From a virus (Duplodnaviria; Caudoviricetes): a stretch of DNA of 64,000 bases. The DNA lies in the IMG/VR virus record IMGVR_UViG_3300037067_011079, positions 781 to 64,780 of that record; one strand, 5' to 3'. The notes beneath the pieces were generated by a model. The model ran no database searches, had not been told where the DNA came from, and saw nothing but the letters and a program-made list of their open reading frames with translations. Of this stretch, positions 38,501 through 45,954 are shown piece after piece. The translations under genes were made by a program, and so were the position numbers. How positions within the stretch are numbered: position 1 is the first letter of the stretch; each line of letters opens with the position of its first letter.

Positions 38501-38725
38501 CTATGACTGTGATTCATACCCAAATGGTTTCTTCCCGCCAGTTTCCTCAATCGATAGGATGTCTCTGATAGCTACGATCATACTGGTTTCGCCTTGCAAA
38601 ACAAGGCTATGTTCGCCCCATTTCATTAGGCAACCGTCGCATATCGTTCCTACCTTTGTCACTATATGCAAATTTGTATTGAGATATCTGCCTAGAAAAT
38701 CTCTGAAAGTTTCGTCGCATTTCAT
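38501..38725 (-). CDS. 74 aa Sm/LSm/Hfq-like fold protein
   Basis: Helix FRDFLGRYLN then LHIVTKVGTICDGCL...SLVL...IVAIRDILSIE; GAGTTGA SD. Confidence 0.55.
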   Translation of the reverse strand: MKCDETFRDFLGRYLNTNLHIVTKVGTICDGCLMKWGEHSLVLQGETSMIVAIRDILSIEETGGKKPFGYESQS

Positions 38726-38759
38726 GTTAATCAACTCTTTTTTGATCTTTTTGTGGGGA

Positions 38760-39120
38760 TCGGCCAATGGTGATGTGAGAGGCCCCGCGCCAACGGGATC
38801 TCTCTGATGCAAAATAGGTCACGGTGTGACCCATGACAATGATAACCGGGAAAGCTGCAACCTTCCCGGATGATGGAAGTCTGGTCTCTGTATCGTGCGG
38901 CTTGGCGGCCACAGTGACAAGTAATGGGCAAATTTCAAGTCTTGCTCGGGACTATTATCGCATGGGCCGCCAATTGTGCGCTATGCAGCCTAGGATTTTC
39001 ACCTATTTAGGCAGCCCTTGTTAGGCATCCTTCTTGCAGATCGAAGGTCTCTTAGGATATTTCATAATGGGGAGCCGCCGTCCTTGAACCCCGTAGGGCG
39101 CGTTGAGCTTTGACAGCGAC
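38760..39120 (-). ncRNA. Candidate structured RNA A (~360 nt) with its own TATA box
   Basis: 5' stem GTCGCTGTC/GACGGCGGC; C(UACG)G tetraloop; TTGGCGGCC/GGCCGCCAA; CCGGGAAGG/CTTTCCCGG; TGGGTCAC/GTGACCTA; GAGAG/CTCTC; G-U pairs mostly favour the minus strand. Confidence 0.6.
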
Positions 39121-39139
39121 ATCGAGAGATAGATCGAGT

Positions 39140-39155
39140 GATATATAGAGTTATC
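39140..39155 (-). promoter_or_regulatory. TATA box upstream of RNA A
   Basis: CTCTATATATC on the minus strand, ~22 nt before the first stem. Confidence 0.5.
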
Positions 39156-39179
39156 GCTTGATAAGATGAATGCCAGGAC

Positions 39180-39731
39180 TTATGCCGACTCCTCCTCAGA
39201 GGAAATGTCTTGCCTGGCATAACTGTAATATTCTTCTTGTGGTATGTCGCGCTTTTGCGGCTCATCTAACTCATTAGATAGCGTATAATTAGATGATAAC
39301 AGCCCACACTCGATACACCGCTTGAAGCCGTTTTCCTTGAATCGCACTTCTCCGCCACACTCATCGCATTTGGTAGACTCAAACCACCGGTGCGTTTCGC
39401 CGTGCTTGTCTTGCTTCTCTACCAGATGCTCGACTCGTTGGCCTACTTTGCTTTCATTGCCAACTTTGGGATGGCACCCTATGACTTGCTGACGGCGGTA
39501 TAAGAGGAAATGCTTTTTGGCTTCAGGTGATTGGAAGGAGATTGTTATCTTTCGATATTTTCCTTTCAATTGTAAGCGGCTCATTTTACCGCTTTTTGCA
39601 TTATTTGCATTTCTTCTCTCTTTGTCGCATTCTTTACATAATCTTCTATATCCATGCCCGCTTTTTCGATTCTTATAAGCATTTTCGCGGTATAATCGAA
39701 TGCCACACACACGACAGAAATGTTTCGACAT
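39180..39731 (-). CDS. Basic protein with N- and C-terminal Zn-finger motifs
   Basis: CRVC..CKEC; CDECGG..CIECG. Confidence 0.7.
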   Translation of the reverse strand: MSKHFCRVCGIRLYRENAYKNRKSGHGYRRLCKECDKERRNANNAKSGKMSRLQLKGKYRKITISFQSPEAKKHFLLYRRQQVIGCHPKVGNESKVGQRVEHLVEKQDKHGETHRWFESTKCDECGGEVRFKENGFKRCIECGLLSSNYTLSNELDEPQKRDIPQEEYYSYARQDISSEEESA

Positions 39732-39858
39732 GTTATGCTCCTTTAGAGGTTCGGTGGTAAGGCGAACCCAATTGTCCTGATAATCGTTATGGTATAAATA
39801 GGTATGGATAATATAAAATTGATATTAGGACAGATAGGAAAAAAGAGTTAAGGATATA

Positions 39859-40098
39859 TTACCAGCTTTCTTCGAACTTAGGCCATCTCATCATGCCGGG
39901 CCGATCACTTGCCGCCGCCTTGACATAGCCAAACGGCCTATATCGGATCTCTAATGTCTGCCTCTCCACAAGCCCCTTCCTCATGAGGCTGTTCAGGCGG
40001 TGGGACAGGACACCGCTTTCGATGTGAAGCTGCTGCATAAGTTGTTTCTGTGTTAGGGGTTCATCTGACAGAGCCGCCAGGACAACATCCTGCGACAT
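39859..40098 (-). CDS. Winged-helix regulator
   Basis: LTQKQLMQQLHIESGVLSHRLNSLMRKGLVER. Confidence 0.75.
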   Translation of the reverse strand: MSQDVVLAALSDEPLTQKQLMQQLHIESGVLSHRLNSLMRKGLVERQTLEIRYRPFGYVKAAASDRPGMMRWPKFEESW

Positions 40099-40099
40099 G

Positions 40100-40515
40100 T
40101 CAAGCCTTCTCCCACAATGCAATCCTGCCCAGTGGCCCGGTCCTGCCCACCCGCTTGATCCGGCCCATATCCTCCAGGTGCGCCAGCACGCCGCCCATAC
40201 CAGGACCAAGGCCGATATCCTTGGCGGTGAATTGGCCGGCTGGCATCTGAGCTAGAAGGGCTTCGTCACGATAGCGATGGCGGCCTTTCATACCCACCAC
40301 ATGATGAATTGGTTCGCCCTAGCAGGATATTCGCAATGCACTGCGCCGTCTTTCTTCAGCCTGGTCATGAAGTGCCGGCATGACTCCAAGTTGTTGTCGG
40401 TCTCTCTGGAAATTTCGGCTATAGTATGCTTGCCAGGGTGGGATTGCAGGAAAGACACGCATTCTGCCTTGCTCATGCAACCTCGCCTTTCATCGCCAAA
40501 AGGGCGTATCCGCAC
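40100..40515 (-). CDS. Two small wHTH-like proteins (40100-40300, 40288-40515)
   Basis: GVLAHLEDMGRIKRVG; TIAEISRET...MTRLKKDGAV. Confidence 0.55.
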
Positions 40516-40802
40516 TTATCGGCCCATGCATCCTCGTTTCCCTGGTTGCCCGTCGCTATCCTCATGCTCTTATCAAAGTCCCTGACCAGAGCTAAGAGAT
40601 CCTCATATTGCTCCGGCCTGATGCCATCTGGATAGAGGAGTCGCAGGTAATCGGGGCACTTGTGAAAGCTGTCTCCATACTGTCTTTGCTTGCTATCCAC
40701 CAGGCGGCCTATGGCCCGCCCTTTGGCTTCGTAGCCGCATATATCTTGTTTCCTATTTTCCGCTATATGTAAATCGGTCTGCTCACAAATCGTACAATCC
40801 AT
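40473..40802 (-). CDS. All-alpha NTP-pyrophosphatase-like/nucleotide-modification-associated protein
   Basis: KQRQYGDSF...DKSMRIA...EDAWADKCGYA. Confidence 0.5.
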   Translation of the reverse strand: MDCTICEQTDLHIAENRKQDICGYEAKGRAIGRLVDSKQRQYGDSFHKCPDYLRLLYPDGIRPEQYEDLLALVRDFDKSMRIATGNQGNEDAWADKCGYALLAMKGEVA

Positions 40803-40884
40803 ACGATTAACTTCGTCGAGGGCACAAAATCGCCCCCCGGTGCGATAACATTCGGCCATGTTTTAAGCTCCCATTTGGCAAGTT

Positions 40885-41184
40885 TCAAATGCGCTGAGTG
40901 GATGGTTTGAGTCCGGCATCCACCAGATTTTTGAGGTAGATCTTGGTCGCTTTATGAACAAATCTTGCGACATCGGCTACAGATACTTCATTTAATGCGA
41001 GATGTGCTCTGTCAAATCGTTTAATATTCCACGAAGACGTATAGGCCGGATGATGTTCATTTCCAAGATTTTTAACAATTTCATTTATCAATCCGTCCTC
41101 GTCACAATAATATTCAGCATGACCAAATGAAACGATGAAGTATTCACTTGGAACACCTCGCTTAAGTTCGATTAAGATACTCAT
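40885..41184 (-). CDS. Hypothetical protein
   Basis: ORF track. Confidence 0.6.
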   Translation of the reverse strand: MSILIELKRGVPSEYFIVSFGHAEYYCDEDGLINEIVKNLGNEHHPAYTSSWNIKRFDRAHLALNEVSVADVARFVHKATKIYLKNLVDAGLKPSTQRI

Positions 41185-41636
41185 GCTTTCCTCTCCTTGC
41201 CATATCTCACCCTCACCATCTGTCTATCCGCCCGCCAAACCCTGGGATGCAAAGGCAAGCGAATGGGATGAGGCGGCCAAGGGCGATGTAGGCGGATCAT
41301 GCTGGCACCATCTTGATATGATCGCCGCAGACGCATGTAAATGGATGAACTAACACGATTATTCCAGGAATACCAGACGGGATGCCTTTTTGTGTGTTCT
41401 CCCACGCGCCGTCGTCAACTTCTTGGATTCGGCCACATTCAGGACATTTTATCTTCATTTCCAGTGTCCTCCCTTAGCAAATCGTTGTGCCGCTTCTGCT
41501 TTCTGAGCTATGCGATCTATATGTTTATCGCTAATGGTTGTCTTTTTAACTATATTGCAACGCGCCGGGGTACACATCCCAAATAAAACGGTGGGTGTGG
41601 CGGTTGTGGAACTGAGATAGACACGTCCATTAAATG

Positions 41637-42446
41637 TCATGCTTTCGCCCTCATTCCGTAAACCATCGCTATCTTTTTGTCAATTATTGCAGCTCTCTTT
41701 GGCCCAATGCCCTTTATGTCGCATGGCTGCTCTGCAAATTCGCCTCTTGGCAACAGGCATAGCTCGTATTGCTCCATGACAGGCTTTAGCACGCCCGGAC
41801 CGATCTTGTCGCCGTGAAACAGGATTGCAGCGGCCAATAGCTCGCGCTCCCCGCCCGCGGGCCTCTGCCTGAAGCCCATCATGTCGCCATCTGTGAGATA
41901 GTCATGAGCCAACTCCAGGATGTCCTTGAACTGGTCCTCGCTGTCAAAAAATCCGCTGTCATCTCCTGCATGAAAGACCGGCACGCCATTCAGCATAGAC
42001 CGCTTGCGGAAGCTCTTGCACCTGGCATGCACACTTGCTATTACATGCCCGATTTCAGATCGCTTCACACCGCGCCCGGTTGCTGAGTCCTTGATAGCTG
42101 CATATATCTCATCAGAGCCGCCTAATATGACGACACACGCATCTTGGCCGGCTTCCCTGCATGAAAGTACCTGCTCTTGCAGATGGCCCGATAGAACCGA
42201 TTGTACAAAATCATTTGGCTCTTTTAATTCTATATTCAATATTTTATCGCAATATTCCTCTCCAAGCAGATCGTGCCCGACATGCTCGACTATTGAGAAT
42301 TGCAAGTCCACACCAATCTCTCGGAAGCTTGGCAGCATGAAGCGGTTATCCTCATATATCGCCAGGGCAAGATGCTTGGCCCGATCAGAGCCGCGCTCGT
42401 TGGGGCTAATGTAGACGGCTATTCTTTCCTGCATTTTACACCCCAC
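41637..42446 (-). CDS. ERCC4/XPF-like nuclease (possible resolvase)
   Basis: GVDL...IELKEPNDFVQSVLSGHLQEQ; C-terminal HhH IKGIGPKRA. Confidence 0.75.
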   Translation of the reverse strand: MGCKMQERIAVYISPNERGSDRAKHLALAIYEDNRFMLPSFREIGVDLQFSIVEHVGHDLLGEEYCDKILNIELKEPNDFVQSVLSGHLQEQVLSCREAGQDACVVILGGSDEIYAAIKDSATGRGVKRSEIGHVIASVHARCKSFRKRSMLNGVPVFHAGDDSGFFDSEDQFKDILELAHDYLTDGDMMGFRQRPAGGERELLAAAILFHGDKIGPGVLKPVMEQYELCLLPRGEFAEQPCDIKGIGPKRAAIIDKKIAMVYGMRAKA

Positions 42447-42962
42447 TCGATCTTATCAAGCATTTTCTGAAATTCCGCTTGCAACGAGCCCAATACCGTG
42501 ATGGCCTGCGAAGTATCACAGCTAATATATACATTCCATGATTGGGGCGGATCTAGCCAATTTGCTAACCGCCTGAGGTATGTGGCTATCGTTCCCTGCA
42601 TTCTTTTAGCTCCTTGACCAGCATCGGAAACATGCGCAACGCACCCGATTTAGCCGCTAGAATCTTGCTCATGTCCCTGAAATGGGCTCTTACATCTGGG
42701 TATTCTTTGGAGAGTATTTCGGCAAGCAGTTCTGCCTGCCTGAGATCTATTCGACTATCCGGCATTCCAGACATCTTGGAGTATCTATGACTGAATTTAA
42801 TTACTGTCATGATCGTGCTCCTATCCAGCATAATATAACTCCTGATGCGAATCCTAATATAAACGCGATCGCGTGACTATCAGCAACGTCAATCATGCTC
42901 TTCGTCCTCCCTAACATCCGGCAACATCTGTTCAATCAGCTTGCGCCGGGCTTCTTCAGGAG

Positions 42963-43253
42963 TCATTTGAACCACAGCCGCCATCCCAGATGTACCATGC
43001 TCTCTTGCAATTCCTCAAGTTCCTTTGTCTTGGCCTCAATTTGCCGCTTGATTGCGTTTGTTTCCGCGTCTATGAATTGAGACAGATCGACCTCGACTTC
43101 TTTGAAGAATTCGATCTTTTCAGGCGGGACATCATACGAATATATCCATCCATCACCATCACATGATAGCGGAATGGCTCCTTTGCAGATCGATTCTGCG
43201 AGAGAGTACCATTCGCGGTCTTTGGTAGAACATTTGTAGAGATTGAGCTTCAT
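42963..43253 (-). CDS. Hypothetical protein with C-terminal coiled coil
   Basis: ORF track. Confidence 0.6.
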   Translation of the reverse strand: MKLNLYKCSTKDREWYSLAESICKGAIPLSCDGDGWIYSYDVPPEKIEFFKEVEVDLSQFIDAETNAIKRQIEAKTKELEELQESMVHLGWRLWFK

Positions 43254-44119
43254 GCTGATACCTCCTTCTCAGGATCAATACCCATCTCATCGCCGTCATA
43301 CATTCCAGAGAACTCCGACGGAAACGCTTCTCGAAGAGCCTGTACCAAGGCCACTTTCCTAATCATTGTGGCGGGTTTTGAAACCCAATTAGACTTGCCC
43401 GTGCTGTATTCGCCCATCGAAACGGCCATCTTATACGGCGTTGCTTTGCGATCTGAGCGGTATACTTCGGCCCACCCCCCCAACAGATCTTCGCCTTTCA
43501 GAAGGAAGGTGCCCTCTCTGTAATCCAGCCCGTTTAGACTGCCTGGATTCTTCACAATGATTCCCGCTTTGTAGCCGTCAAATTTTGGATGGTCCTCCGC
43601 CTTTTTGGTAAATGCATCTTTGCCCACAACCATTTGAGCGGGTTTCGTCTGGTCGTACTTGATCAAGTAGGCATCACGAAGGAATGGGTTGAGGTTTCGG
43701 GCTTGACAAAGCTTCAGGAATATCATAACTTCCTGGTCGTTTGCTGCCGGGCAGATATATGTCTTGATGTCCTCGAAGGTTAAATCCGCCACCTGGATAT
43801 CGCGGACTGCCCCCGAGGCAGGCTTGATTTGCCCAAGGCCCGACGATCTCTCCTTGGTGGGAACAATTGCCTGCCCGTTGGACGATCTGCCGTTCTTGGC
43901 CACTACAGGCAGATATTCCATGAAGTCCAGCCCGAACTCCACGGGAGCAGACTGCAAGCATCCTGCATCCAGCCACACGATGGGATCACCGTCACCAGGA
44001 GCACCCGCAAATATCCTTATCTTGCCATCTTCGGACGTGCTGAAGGTCTCGCAGTTGGCGTTGCAGTAGGCGGCGACTGCTTGAGCGAGATCGGCAGGAG
44101 ACAGGGATTTGCCAGCCAT
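43250..44119 (-). CDS. bet: Single-strand annealing protein (Bet/RecT family)
   Basis: CP.ANDQE...FLKLCQARNLNPF..DAYLIKY; W..KPATMIRKVALVQALREAFP. Confidence 0.9.
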   Translation of the reverse strand: MAGKSLSPADLAQAVAAYCNANCETFSTSEDGKIRIFAGAPGDGDPIVWLDAGCLQSAPVEFGLDFMEYLPVVAKNGRSSNGQAIVPTKERSSGLGQIKPASGAVRDIQVADLTFEDIKTYICPAANDQEVMIFLKLCQARNLNPFLRDAYLIKYDQTKPAQMVVGKDAFTKKAEDHPKFDGYKAGIIVKNPGSLNGLDYREGTFLLKGEDLLGGWAEVYRSDRKATPYKMAVSMGEYSTGKSNWVSKPATMIRKVALVQALREAFPSEFSGMYDGDEMGIDPEKEVSA

Positions 44120-44120
44120 T

Positions 44121-44483
44121 TCAGATCGCCCCCAATCGTTGTGCCTCGCAATCTGCCGCCGCTTGCTCATTGCGAATTTGCCACTTCAGGCAATCCACTG
44201 CCATACAGGCAAGATCAAAGGCAAGCTGGCATTCCCGCTTTTCGGCCTCGGCTTTCTCGGCATCCTTTCGTTCATCGAAAGTTAGCTCTCGGATCGTGGC
44301 ATTTCTCGCAGCCTCGTTTCCGCCTAGCTTCTTGGGGTCGGCGGCATTGACCAGCAAAACGGCGGCCTCGGCTTTCTTCAGGGCCTCCCGCGTCGCCAAC
44401 TCACGCTCTCCTGCATGGAAGAGCGATACCTTACTATTTCGCATTGCATCGAATGCGTTTTGTAGATCGACATTGCTTACCAT
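44121..44483 (-). CDS. Coiled-coil hypothetical protein
   Basis: ORF track. Confidence 0.65.
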   Translation of the reverse strand: MVSNVDLQNAFDAMRNSKVSLFHAGERELATREALKKAEAAVLLVNAADPKKLGGNEAARNATIRELTFDERKDAEKAEAEKRECQLAFDLACMAVDCLKWQIRNEQAAADCEAQRLGAI

Positions 44484-44579
44484 TTATCACACCTCACGAA
44501 TATTAACTCCCTCAATTCAAACATGCCCAGTTTCACTAACACAAGTTGGCCGCTCATGCTCTCTTATCACAGGGAGAGA

Positions 44580-44659
44580 TATGTCGGGCCGGATTTGAAC
44601 CGGCGTTCTGGAAGGCATCATGCGATCCCAGGTTCTTGGCCGTGCTGAACTACCGACAT
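44580..44659 (-). tRNA. tRNA-like RNA with an aberrant 12 nt anticodon loop
   Basis: ATGTCGG/CCGACAT acceptor; GTTC/GAAC D stem; TGGGA/TTCCA stem; GCCGG-TTCAAAT-CCGGC T arm; loop TCGCATGATGCC. Confidence 0.7.
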
Positions 44660-44670
44660 AGGGGGAATGC

Positions 44671-44731
44671 GCCAGACGGGAAGGAAGCCCAACCGCCTGG
44701 CAAGAGGCAGGGGCGGTAACGATCCGCCCTG
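44671..44731 (-). other. Two GC-rich hairpins in the 5' leader of the tRNA-like RNA
   Basis: GCCAGGCGG/CCGTCTGGC and GGGCGG/CCGCCC. Confidence 0.5.
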
Positions 44732-44743
44732 AATCCATGCTGC

Positions 44744-45088
44744 CTATTTGAATCGATTCATGAATTGCTCGATGGAGCCCGCACCCCATGCCCAATAGCC
44801 ATCGCCTTTGATCTCCTCCGCTTTTGGCGGGTTGCTTGTCCGCACAGGCACGGCAGTCTTGAAATCCATCGCAAGCGCGTCCGAAAGCTTGCCATACCAC
44901 ATGCACCGGACTTCTCCGAGGCACCCGACCGGCGACCAGATTATGCGTATGTGGCGATCTTTGCCGGGAATATCCATATCATCGCATCCAACGCCTTCTC
45001 CATAGTAGCACATTACCCGATAAGCGCCGGTTTGTTTGACGCTTTCCAATACTTCTCCAAGATTTTCCATTTCATTCACCTCAAACAT
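44744..45088 (-). CDS. Hypothetical protein
   Basis: ORF track. Confidence 0.6.
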   Translation of the reverse strand: MFEVNEMENLGEVLESVKQTGAYRVMCYYGEGVGCDDMDIPGKDRHIRIIWSPVGCLGEVRCMWYGKLSDALAMDFKTAVPVRTSNPPKAEEIKGDGYWAWGAGSIEQFMNRFK

Positions 45089-45273
45089 GTATAGGGCCTG
45101 TATAGCCCATCATAAATCTCAATTCATCCTCGCGCTCTGCGATCTTTCCGGCTGACAGGGGCATCTTCACGGCGTAGATCGACGGATGACCACACCGCTT
45201 GCAGAGAGAGTGATGGATCGCCTGATGCTTGTGCCAGCGAGTAATCTGCTGGCAAGATAAACAGAACCGGAAG

Positions 45274-45570
45274 CTATCTCCGCACATCGTGCATCCCCTC
45301 TGCTCTGCGCTCAATCTCGGCCCGGATGTGCAGGAGAAAGCGTTCGCGGCGCTCGTTCCAGCCAAGGGAGGAATCGAGAATCTCACTGCACTCACCTAGG
45401 ATCGGGCAGTCATCACAACTCCGCCCGGTACCACCATTCACTTCCACGAGCCACCAGTCACACATGGCACATGGCACAGCGTACTTGGCCGGGTCGTTTG
45501 GTTCCACGATCCTTTCCCATTTGTTCCTGACTTTCTCAAGAACTTGCAGGGGAACTTGGGAGAGATCCAT
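45274..45570 (-). CDS. Cys-rich hypothetical protein
   Basis: CAMC...CDDCPI..EC. Confidence 0.6.
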   Translation of the reverse strand: MDLSQVPLQVLEKVRNKWERIVEPNDPAKYAVPCAMCDWWLVEVNGGTGRSCDDCPILGECSEILDSSLGWNERRERFLLHIRAEIERRAEGMHDVRR

Positions 45571-45739
45571 TCAGATCCCCCAATGGTCGCAAATTTCGAC
45601 AATTCTCTTGCCGTATTCAGGGTGCTCGTGCTCGTTGTCAATTAGATAGGCCAACTGCTTCTCTACGTGATCTGGAATTTGTTTCGTATTCATGATCTCG
45701 CTCCTGTCAGGTGGTAACTCTGACATAACCTAGCTTGTT

Positions 45740-45792
45740 TTATGAGTATATATAGTTAACGCTTAAACTAAAGTTGATAAAGTATATATAGT
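45740..45792. promoter_or_regulatory. Divergent TATA promoters
   Basis: AACTATATATAC on minus (45747-45758) and AAAGTATATATA on plus (45779-45790), at a strand switch. Confidence 0.65.
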
Positions 45793-45813
45793 AGAAACAA
45801 TAACATTATCGGT

Positions 45814-45954
45814 ATGAAACGGCTTAATGTCATGCTAGAAGACGATGCTTTCCAGATCCTAAAAGAGTATCAGGAGAAGCATAAGATGACCACGCGAGAT
45901 GAGGCGACAACCGCGCTATTAAGAGAATTCGCGAAGCGGAGACCAAAGACATGA
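45814..45954 (+). CDS. 46 aa ribbon-helix-helix regulator
   Basis: MKRLNVMLEDDAFQILKEY...TRDEATTALLREF; leaderless position after TATA. Confidence 0.7.
   Translation: MKRLNVMLEDDAFQILKEYQEKHKMTTRDEATTALLREFAKRRPKT

Noticed and set aside
38988-39012. GGTGAAAATCC resembling the cobalamin riboswitch or group II intron T-loop
   Set aside because: No B12 box, no AGGGAA junction and no group II domain V; kept only as a generic T-loop in RNA A.
39022-39066. Short ORF MKYPKRPSICKKDA inside RNA A, suggesting a tmRNA-like tag
   Set aside because: No tRNA-like ends, archaea lack tmRNA, and ORFs this short arise by chance.
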